From assembly GCA_023213395.1 (NCBI GenBank), contig CM041465.1, positions 121,775,741-121,839,740 on the forward strand: a stretch of DNA of 64,000 nt. The letters are read 5' to 3'. Source of the DNA: Cycas panzhihuaensis. Its lineage: Eukaryota > Plantae > Cycadophyta. Position 1 is the first letter of the stretch. Each line of letters begins with the position of its first letter. The notes beneath the pieces were generated by a model, which was not told where the DNA came from, did no database searches, and saw nothing but the letters and a program-made list of their open reading frames with translations. Position numbers and translations under genes: made by a program. Of this stretch, positions 1 through 11,100 are shown piece after piece.

Positions 1-356
1 CCTCATAGGATAGAATAAAATAGGATGAAATGACCTTCTACCATTAAGGGGGAGATTGAAAAGGGTTAATGACATAAGGTCATTACATTAGTTGATTATT
101 TCGAAAAAGGGTCTTAAGTGAACTTTAAATTAGATCACTTAAGTGAAATGCACTTTCATGTGCATTATGTGTAGTTTCATTTTGCCTAACTCTAATGCTC
201 CCTCTTTCAATATAAAAGTGAAAGCTCAATGGAGGAGATTCATTCTTACCTCCCCATTTTGTGAGAGCTACTACATCTCTCAAGTCTCTCTTGCTCCCAT
301 GTTTGCCTTCGTGTTTAGTGCATGGAGATGAAGGATAGATCCACTCTTTTTAGACA
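1..356 (+). mobile_element. Element X: 3' end of an LTR retrotransposon (PPT 46-56, 3' LTR 57-356) inserted into the protease of copia T
   Basis: AAGGGGGAGAT followed by TG at 57; ends ...TAGACA at 356, exactly where the minus-strand LLDSGASHHM motif of T breaks off. Confidence 0.75.
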
Positions 357-1994
357 CATATGGTGTGAAGCACCTGAATCTAATAACTAATCATGGTGAT
401 AATGGGAAACATTACAAGCAACCAAGACACCATCATTCGTACCTTGATTTGACTCCACCTGATTAGACTCCTTGGTAGGATCTTCCTTTTTCTGGAACTC
501 CTTCCTTTTGTAGCAATCCTTCTTGAGGTGACATGTCTTATTACAGTGCCAACATCTGAGCTTACTCTTCTTGCCTTTTGACTTTGACCTCGATGTGTCC
601 CTAGAGCTTTGTCCTCTCTCACTTGTTCTACCCCTTGCTGTCATAGTTTCTTGTGTGGAGGTTTCCAGACTAGACTTCCTCGTCACTTCTTCCATCAGCA
701 AAGCACTCACAATAGAATCATAGTCTAACTTATCTGTAGTGCTAAAACTAATTGAGGTGACAATATTATGTCAGGATTCTGGTAATGAACATAACCAAGT
801 AACAACCTTGTCCTCATCCTCAATCGTGACATCAGTACTAGCCAACTGACAAATAAGAGTATTGAAAATATTTAAATGGTCAGCAATTTTTGTACCTTCC
901 TTCATTCATAATGAGTACAGTTGCCTCTTTAAGTAGATTCAATTCGTCACTAATTTGGTCATATAGAAGCCTTCCAATCGGGTCCATAATCCAGCTGCTG
1001 TCTGTTCCCCTGCGATGTTAAATAGAACGTCATCTGCCAAGCACAATCATATTGTGCTAAGAGCCCTTTTGTCTAGATCATCCCATTCATCATCGTCCAT
1101 CCCTACGAGTTTTTTCTATTTTCCTGCAAGAGCTTTGTACAAACTTTGTTGTATCAAAACATCATATGCTTTCAACTTCCATAACTCGAAGTTGTTCTTG
1201 CCATTGAATTTCTCCAACTCAAACTTTGCATTTGCCAGTTTCACCATTTGGTGTAGAAAAAAGGCTGACACCAAAACCTTCACAAACTCACTGCAAAAAT
1301 AAAAGTGGCTCTGATACCACTTGTTGAGAAGACAAGTCCCAATAACCTGAAACCGCCACCAAGATCTAAACTATTTTGCAATTAGTTACAGAAATCAAAA
1401 TTGAAATTTAACATGCAAGTTCTTAAACCAGAGATAATACAATGAAATGAATAAGAAAGCCAAGCATCACATATACACCCGATATAACGTGGCAAAACCC
1501 TAGCAGTGTTCTAGGAAAACATTCACACAGGAAAGGTATCGATCTTTATTATCATCAAAAAATGGAAAAATGTACACAATCTGTAGCAAAATATTTACAG
1601 TAACAGCAACCAACCGCCCAACTCCTCACAGTACATCCAATACATCAAACATAATGAAAAAAACAAAAAACACACCCTAAATTGGGCTATATGAGAGAGT
1701 CATACAAGGCACAAATTTCGACCATAGAATCTAGGGTATTTTTAGTGAACGACCCTGATTCTCTTTACAATTTAGTATGCTTTTAGTACTAGTTTTTTTT
1801 TTTTTTTTTTGGGTCGAGGGCTATCGTCCTTAAACCCCCTCTTTGCAGAGGACGTTCCAACACCCCTTGCACCCCCCCGGCCAAGGGGGGCTCCTGCCCC
1901 CCTTGGAACCCCCTGCGGAAGTTTGGAGGGGAAATCACGCTACCAACTTGTTAAAATTTTAACCTCCAAAACATTGTTGTCATATTATCTAACA
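357..1994 (-). mobile_element. Copia T (Tnt1/Tork-like): 5' LTR 1322-1994, PBS-Met 1307-1319, degenerate gag-protease 1247-357
   Basis: TGGTATCAGAGCC PBS on minus; gag start MVKLANAKFELEKFNGKNNFELWKLK; CWHCNKTCHLKKDC knuckle; LLDSGASHHM protease; LTR TGTTAG...CAACA. Confidence 0.88.
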
Positions 1995-4900
1995 ATTGCT
2001 TCTAAACCTTTGAAACCTTTCTTCAAATTCTCTTTTGATGTCATCCCAAGATTTGGTCGGGTCTAATTGTTTGTACCAGGCTAGAGGTACTCCTTAGAAT
2101 GAATAAGCAAATCTCTATTTAATTTTATCTTCATTATCTTTTTTAGATTTGGGATATGACTATCCCATTTTTCTTCACACAAAATGAATAAAGTTAAGGT
2201 GGTTGGCCAAGAATTTTAGGACTGTCTCTAAGTGGTGGGTGTAGGTGGTCATATTAGTGCTATAGATGAGGATGTCATCAAAGAAAACAATAATGAATTT
2301 CTTAAGGTAAGGGGCAAATATCTTGTTCATGATGAATTGAAATGTGGTTGGGGTATTGCATAGGCCAAAAGATATGGCATGAAATTCAAAGTGGCCGTGG
2401 TGAGTACGGAAGGCAATTTTGTGATGATCTTCAGTGCAATTGGGATTTGATAATATCCAAATTGGAGATCCAACTTAGTAAAGATTGTGGCACCATGGAT
2501 CTCTTCTAGCATGTCATTGATCCTAACGGTAGGGAACTTTTTTTTTATGGTTATTTTATTTAGTTCATAGTAATCGACACATAGCTTAAATAAACCATCA
2601 TTTTTCTGTATTAACACAATAGGGGTGGCATATGAGCTTTTGCTAGGTCGAATTATTTCCATTTTCATTAGCTCATTAGTAATCTTTTCAATCTAGTTCT
2701 TTTAAAAGTACAAGTTTTTATAAGGATAGAGACTGCTTGGGTCATGGGGATTTTTGAACTCAATGGTGTGGTAACACCCACGATCGGGGGCCGAGGGTGG
2801 GGCACAGTTGGAAAGGGGGCAAAAATAGTTTGATATTTATTTATAATGAGTTGGATGTCAAGGTGAATATTTGTTGGGGCTTGGATGTTGTTGATGCATA
2901 CAATATAACCTACTTGGCTACTTAATTGTTTCCTCATTTGATTTGGGAAAATTAATTTATTAGGACGGGGTGGTATTCCATGGAGTTTTATGGGTTTGTC
3001 TCATTCGATCTTTAAATGAAATGAATGGGTTAATGGGAGAGTTATTCGTGCTGTATTTTCCTAAAGTTTGGAGTTACTAGACTTCAAGAATAGTGCCTGA
3101 TCCCCTATAGATAAAGCATAAAAATCAAATGTTAACCTATAAGTTCCAATTTGGAGAGTGAGGTTCTTTATTGTTCCAGCACAATGGAGTTTATAATGAA
3201 AGGGTAAAGAACATGTGAATCTAGTTTTTGGGATGATATACAATTTTAATTGCCTAACTAAGGAGATGTTGATGAAGTTAAGTGACGTGCCACCGTCGAT
3301 CAAAATAGGAATTGGTGTTTCCTTAACTGTTCCTTTGATGCGTAATGGTTCAAGACAAGAATAGGAAGCTACTGTGGATAAGGGGGTTTTAGATTCTAAT
3401 GTTGAGGGTGGATCTAAAATGGGTTCTTCATCCAATTTTGGCTCAAAGTCAGAGTCACCTTCTAGGGATAGGCTAGGATATATTGTGAAGACCATATTCT
3501 TGGCTTTGCAAACTTTAAGATGTTTGGTCATCCACTTTTTTGAGCATTGGACACAGAGGCCGATTACGATGTGTTGGTGTGCCTTCACAAGTGGGACTTG
3601 GATTTGCTTATTGGTGGGTTCTTTTGGAAGTCGTTTTGTTGCAGGTCCCAGAGATCCAATTGCCTAGGGTCACTGGCAAGGAAAGTTAGCCTGTCATGAA
3701 CACTAGAGCCATGTAGCATATCGTTGAAGAGAAGATGTTCTTTCAGCTGCGAATTCTGCCTCAACTGCTTTAGCCCTTTGTATTACTTCTTTGAAAGCTT
3801 AGATTCCATAGTTTTAGGTGCATTTGGATGCGCTCTTTTAAGTCTATGATGTATGTGTCTATCGAGGTATGTTTGTCCAAACTTTGGGTGACATGATTCT
3901 ATAGGGATTGGAACTCATTTGTAAAGCTTCAACTGAGAATATCTACTTCAGTCTTGTAAGTTGATTGAAGAAGGACTAGTTCCACATTTCATCATACTAA
4001 TCGAAAAAACATGAGGTAAAGCTTGACTATGTCATGTTGTTTGGGTTTTCTTTGTGCCACCAACAATACCAATGATGAACTTGACCTTCCATATGAATGG
4101 ATGCGAATGTCAGTTGTTCGTCTTTAGACATTGGATTAAGGGAGAAGTAGGATTCGAGTTTGCTTATCCATATGTGAGTTGTATCTTTGTTCAAATCTCT
4201 CTCAAAAATAGGAATGTTGATCTTATGATGAAGTCGCAACTAATGCAGAGGAGGGTTCCTCAAATGTTGTGCTAGAGGAGTGTTGCCTAATGGATGAGAG
4301 TTGGACTGAGATGATTGTGCAGGTAACTAAGCTCTTTGGTTTATTAGTGTTGTGAAATCTAATTTAGATGTATGAGAGTATATATCTACCTTAACTTCTT
4401 TTTGAAAATCCGAAAATTGAGTTTTCAATGAAGTGATGTGTTGAGCTTGAGATGAAGGAGCCATCATGCAAAAGAAGAGGATTAAAGGAAGCAGGACACA
4501 AGTAAGAAGAAGGGAATATAAGAAAATGGGATGAGTAAGATAGAAGGGGATGTACCGAAGCAGGGTTAGCTAGATAGAACAATTTAAGGAAGTGGGATTT
4601 ATATTTAGGGGAAGAGAAGGGCAAAAAGCGGGGGTTGGGGTGTCTATAGCCTATTAACCCCAAAAAATAGGTAAGAGAATCAGCTATTGAATTGGAATGA
4701 GTGCGAAAAGCTTGTCACAATGGTATCGATGAGATGATAGTGAAAACATTTTGGTGGTAGGGCCCAAAATTGCTACTAAAACTCACCTAGTGCAAATTAA
4801 TCAGCACAACATGTTAATTAAAATAAGATGTATGAATTGATCAGGTGAAATTTTAGTTATGGGTTTTTTTTTTTTTGGTCATGAGTCCAACAGTGCAAAT

Positions 4901-7900
4901 TTTGTCAAAAACAAAGAAATATTTACTGAAGTGACCCTGCAAACTCTTGTTATCCCTGTTTTAATTTTTTTGGAGAGGACTGAGGATAGGGAGTGGATTC
5001 AACAGATGTTGAATTCAAAATTTTTTGTTGAAGGTTTAGACAAGAATAAGTGAAACTATTGTGCTCCGTTGATATGTATTGTATCACTGCTTACTATGAT
5101 GTTAATATTCAGGAGGTACCATTGTTGTAGAGTTAAACTATATACCTTTAGATGAGTAGTAGTGTCTTTAGGGGCCTATGCCAAGAGTTATAATAGCATT
5201 AACAACAGATGATTTTGTTTGCAAAGATGTAACAATATGGGCAATTTCATGATGGATATCTGTATTAGGAAAGTAGTAGAGAAGATCAGGAGGAGACTAC
5301 CAGACACTTGACAAAGGAGTGTTTGGCTCTATAGGTCTTGTGATGAACTTTCCTGTCATTATTGTAGCTTAACCCAATATCTCAGGGCACTACCTACGAA
5401 GGAATGTGCATCCCCATAAGGTCTATAGCTATGCAGGGGTGTTCGAGCAAGGTAACTTCTGGGTGCTAACTGCTAACACATGCACCACAGAGGGATAAAA
5501 GACTGACTGTTTTCCTATTCTAGGTTGGAAGGGGAAAATCTAAAAGGGTCCTCCTATATACTCGAAGGTACACGGAGGCACTCGTCCATAGTTGGGTTCT
5601 ATATGAAACTTGTGTAAGTGTTGTTATACCGCTTCACATCACATACGGGTTTATGACCATGTGTGCTTAGTTCAGAATGATAAATCCCTATGATGTTTAT
5701 AGACCCCTAGCATAGGGTCTCTACCTAACCACTAAGGGGAAGGGGTGGGATAGGGTGGGACTTTATTGCCCGCTTGTAGCTTTACAGACTTAGCAAAACT
5801 TGAGGATATACTGTTTTGAATAAAAATGAGCAAAACTTGTAGAGAAGGGTTATAGAGATATATCAAGGGAAAAATGTTTCCCTTTCTTCTTAGCTTCTTT
5901 CGTGCTTGCTACTTCTGTTGGATCCAAAAAACTGGCTCTGATACCACTTGGGATATGACTATCTCGCTTTTGCTTACACAGAATGAATAAAGTGAAGAAA
6001 ATGAGTAGAAAATGCAACACTTTAATGATAAAGGAAACCAAACACCAAATTAAAGTACACTAAAAAGCACAAATGGATACTAAAGATAACTGAAAGAGTA
6101 CCAAAGTATCAATCTCTCAAGAAAAAATGATTACATAACATTTTTCCTTTACAATTTGTGGCCCTTAGACAAAGAAAAGAGGGGCTTCTCACATAATCCT
6201 ATTGGTGGGCCAAATGGCCTTACATTTCGTTAGCAGCCTTAATGGCTTGTGCACAAAAGTTAATGACTAACTCTTAACCTCTTAGTGTCTTAATCATGAG
6301 TGCTAGCATCATATTTCCCCTAGCCACATGTGGTCATGTAACAAGGTTCACCAACCTTTGAAACAAATATACGTATTTACTGGCATCTGAGGTATCATCA
6401 AGCACCAATCTTCCAAATTCTCTGTTATCTACCATTTTTTGGCAATAATTTCCCCTTTGGTAAAGATTCTTGTGGAATAGTTTGTTTTCTTGAGGTTATA
6501 ACCTCCTCCTGTACTACCTTTTTCAAGGGTATATTTAATGGAGTCTTCTCCTCACTACTCTTTTTCTTGTACAATGCATTTTGGAAGGGTGTTTTTAAAT
6601 GAATTAACTCTGGAACTCCTAGCATTTGTATTGTCAATAGGGTTGCTATTAAAAATGACTACTCAGATCCCCAAATAATTATCTTGTGAAATGGTTTTTC
6701 CAATATGCCAAGGGACTTTCCTCCACCTTCTCTTCGTGATCACTCAGGTCCTTCAGGGTAGATTCCACACTTGGTTTATCTTCCTTTTCTGTGGTTTCTA
6801 TTTCCTCTTTTGAAGTATTCTCTTGGGAATCTTCCTCTTCTTGTAAGATTTCTATGTCCTTTCCTTTTTTTTTTGGGCTTAGGATGTTTAACTCAATTGA
6901 GGTAGGTGTCATCACCATTGGCTTTTCTTGGCCTTCATTCCCTATTTCTTGTGGTGTATGGGCACCAATTGCCTCAGATTCTTCCACGAATTTATTTTGA
7001 CTATCTTTTCTAATACTTAATCTACTTGCCTTTCTGAGTTTCTTTTCTTTTAACCATCTTAAATCCCTTTGTCTGCTTGATTCTAATATACCCTTAAGTG
7101 AAAATTTTCTCAGTGGCGCTTTCGCCTTCGAAGGCTATTTAGGCGGCATTGAAAGGTCTCCTAGCTATCATGGCTTAGTTAAAACCTGCCATCACTCTGA
7201 CAGCCAGGGTGACTTGTTCTTTGTGCATTAGAGAACTTTCAGGTTTGCTTTCCTTTTCCCTCCACTGGTAGACTTAGGCAATAGAACTAATGTTGACTTC
7301 TCTTTGCTCCTTCGAGGGAGCACTTGTCAAGGAAACACTTCCAATAGTCTAAGATTAGGCTCTTAGTCAACATATGGGTTAATCACACATAGTTATGCCA
7401 CATAAATCCACAATATCATAGTAATCATAACACCATCACAGCATTATTAATCATTATATCACCATGAATCAATCATAAGTAACACATAAGATAGATTTTT
7501 CATGTAACTCAGTTATTTTATTAAGCAATATCACTGTCAATTGTCTTTACATCACTTGAGGGGGAATGTTACACATACATTCCATACAAAACATGTCATT
7601 AACTTGGCTTTCACCCTAGAGCACATGCCATAGGAATGAACAACTCAGCTCCCACACCAGATTAGATGACATAAGACTCAAATACTCGACTCTCACCTCC
7701 AAAATGGTGAGAAAATGGCCTTTATACCTTACATGCCTTTTGAGGAATGGTTGTGACCAATAGTTACAACCTTTTCTTTTAGGTAACATCGGCCCTTTGT
7801 TATTTAATCTGCTACTTAACTTATGATTACAATTGGTTATGACCACTTGTCCATGTGTTTATACACTCTCGGCTCTACTTGGCTTGCATCATGTCCATTT

Positions 7901-8141
7901 TGGCTCATGTGTTCCTCGTATGTTTTGAATTTGGCTTTGTCTGTCGTGCATCCTTGTTCCGAAATGCACCTTGATGTGCATTCCTTGAGAGGTTGTCTTT
8001 GTTGTTTCCTGCCATAATTCAATATGTTCTATTATTTGGGCACATGTTGTGCTATTATCTTGCATTCATCATGATCTATTACATGCTAATTACCATCCAT
8101 TCCTCTAACTGAATGCATAGCTATCAAATGTGACCCTAACA
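1995..8141 (-). mobile_element. Gypsy B1 (non-chromovirus, same family as B2), 5' part: LTR 7291-8141, tRNA-Glu-like PBS 7277-7289, N-terminal ORF and gag split by A and truncated by T
   Basis: The LTR is the reverse-complement homologue of 34649-35466. The ORF region 6350-7150 aligns with 35600-36400. Gag reads across the A insertion (LFQRLVN|LKKDNEDKIK...GVPLAWYKQLD). Confidence 0.85.
2150..6343 (-). mobile_element. Gypsy A (chromovirus, Reina-like), internally deleted: 5' LTR 5949-6343, PBS-Met 5934-5946, gag/PR/partial RT ~4660-2200, ~46-bp 3' LTR remnant 2150-2195
   Basis: TGGGATATGACTATC at both 2150 and 5949; TSD AGATT (2145-2149) / AGGTT (6344-6348); ILIDGGTSLNFI protease; RPSKSSYATPIVL and IVFFDDILIYS RT motifs. 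Confidence 0.87.
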
Positions 8142-11100
8142 ATGCAGACTCGAGATTGAAACAATGACTTGAGGTCTACCTTCTGTTATCTTGGCAATCT
8201 GCCCAGTCTACACTTATAAAGCCTTCTTTAAAAGGATCATCATTTTGACTATAATGTAATCCATACTACAAAGTACTTTGAAAATATCTAGAAGTTCTCT
8301 TTGCAACATTCCAATGTGACTTACTAGGCTAAGACATGAATCTTGAATAGATTTCAACTACATAGGTTATATCTAATCTAGTGTTAGTCAAATAAATTAG
8401 ACCACCCATTAGTTGTTTGTATATACTGAAATCAAAAGGCTTGGATTTCTTGTCATTCGTCAATTTCATTTTCGTCTCCATGGTGTAGGAGATGGCTTGT
8501 AGTTTTCCAGTATGAATCTTTGCAAAATCTCCTTTGTGTACTTAGCTTAAGAGATGAAAATGCTACTAGGTTGTTGCCAAACTTCCATGCCAAGAAAATA
8601 AGGAAGTAGTCCAAGGTCAGTCATCTGGAAACTATTTTTAAGATTCCCTTAAAGACTTTCAATCATGTTAGTATTATTCCCAGTGATTATCAAGTCATCC
8701 ACATAGAGAACAATGATGGTTATTTGCTTACTTCGAACTTTGATATATAAGTTTAGATCCAATGATGAGCGTCTGAAGCCATGTCTCTGAAAATGATCAT
8801 CTATTTTGGCATACCATGATCTTGGTGCCTGCTTTGAGCCATACAAGGCCTTTTTGAGCTAGCAAATGAGTTACTCTTTGCCACAAGCAACATAACCAAG
8901 GGATTGTTTCAGATATACCTCTTCTATCAAGTTGCCATGGAGGAACACGCTCTTGACATCCATCTAATAGATTAGCCAATTGCATTGTGCAACTAATGTC
9001 ATAACAAGCTAGATTGTAGTCATATTCGCAATGGGTGCAAATGTTTCCTCATAGTGAATACCTTCTTATTTCTTAAAACCTTTGGCAACTAGTTGAGATT
9101 TATGATGTTGGACTAACCCACCTACATGATATTTTGTCTTGTAGACCCATTTACAATCAATAGTTTGTTTGCTAGGTGGAAATTATACAAGATCCCATGT
9201 ACCTTTCCTTTGGATGGAATCAATTTCTTCATCCATGGCAAACTTCCACTTTTCATCACCATATGCCTTCTCAAAAGTGGAAGGTTCCGAGGTAGAAAGC
9301 ACTTCATCCATGAGTGTAAAATTCATTTTAAAATGCATCTTTGACCACCATTTTTCTTCATTGGGAGGCAGTGGAGCACTATAAATGGTTTGAATGTCCC
9401 ATTTCAACAATTGCTCTACTATTGGAAAAACTTCAATGTCCTTAGGCTGAATAGATTCCAGTATCATAGACGTTTCTACAATGTCATGATTAGGACTCGA
9501 AGTACTTGTAGGCAGTTCCGATGAAGATGTAGATGGCATTAAGTAGGACTCGGTGAACGTGATGTTGAAGGACCAGTGTGGTGTGAATCCTCAACTATAG
9601 CTTTATTCTATGGCAATTAGATTTGGCTAAGATCCAATTCTTTATTGTCTTCTACAAAGACAATATCATGAGATTCATGCACCTTCTTTGTTATAGGATC
9701 ATGAAGATGTGTCTGAGACTCTTTCCATTAAATTTCTTTCACTATTCTTTTGGAACGTGCATATACACAATGCATCTAAAAGTTCTCGAGTGACTTACTA
9801 TTAGCTTTCTACTAGTCCAAGCCTCCTCTAGTGCAATATTCCTTACTACTTTGATAGCGCACCTATTTGTGAGATAAGCAGTTGTATTAACTGCTTTTGC
9901 CCAAAAGGATGTTGTAAGATTTTTGGTAGCTAACATTGTTTCGGATTTGTTAACCAATGTTCTATTCATTCTTGTTGCTACTTCATTTTGCTAAGGAGTG
10001 CGAGGAGCTAAAAATTGTCTTCAGATGTCGTTATTTTTGCAAATTTGTGTGAAGTCCCTAGATATGTACTCGCCACCATTGTCCAACCTAAGGACTTTGA
10101 CTGGTAATCCAGATTCTTTGTCAGCTGCAAGTTTAAACTCCTTAAACTTGGTGAGTGCTTCTGATTTCTGCTTAATAAACCCATACTTCCTTAAAAAAAC
10201 ATTAATGTAAGTGATAAAAGATGATGATCCATTGAGGGATGGTGTGGATATTTGTCCACGGATATCTAAATGTACTAATTATAAGGGCTTTTGGCTGCGC
10301 CATGATTTGTTCGATTCAAACGCTTTTTGATGTTGCTTCCCCATTAGACAAACTTCGTAGAAGCATTTCTCTTATGAAATCTTTGGCCAACCATGTACCA
10401 TATTCAGTCAAAACATCAGTTTGATGTTGTTCAAATTTAGATGACCCAGTCTTCCATGCTATAAACAATCTTTGGGCATCATTTGAGAGACAAAGACATG
10501 AGAAGGTTCAAGTGAAATGTCCAATGTGTGGAGTTCATTTTCTTCATGTCTAGTAGCAATCACCTATCCTTATTGATTGATGATGAAGCATTGTCCATTC
10601 TGGAACAACATGTCCAACTTTGCTTATCTATTTGACTTATAGAAAGTTTCTTGTCATGCCAAGTACATAGAGTATATTATTTATGTGATAAGCTTGATCT
10701 AGGTCTTCGTTTGCCAAAATAATTGGGGCTTTGCCAACCCCAACATCAAAAGTGACATTACCACCAAAAGTGATTGTTTATTTTGAAACATCTTCTATAT
10801 CACTCAACAGATTTTCATTTCTTGTCATGTGGCATGATGCACCAAAATCAAATTTTGCTCAACTGTTGCTATGTGTTGCCTTTGAAGCTGCATAAAATAG
10901 GTTTTGGCTATATGCCATATTACTTCCTCATTGCCTGTTATTATTTCCACATTGGCATCTACCTTGGTAGTCTGTGTCGACCACCTTGATTATTTTCACC
11001 TTGTCTACCACCTTAGTAATTTCCACAACCACCTTGGTAGCCTCCTCGAGTGGGTGCTTATGGAGTGGGTTGTCGTTGACATTGATACTATAAATCAAAT

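Noticed and set aside
7557-7572. TTGAGGGGGAATGTT looks like a + strand PPT and LTR start of another nested copia
   Set aside because: The homologous motif is present in both B2 LTRs (~35210, ~55195), so it is an internal part of the B-family LTR.
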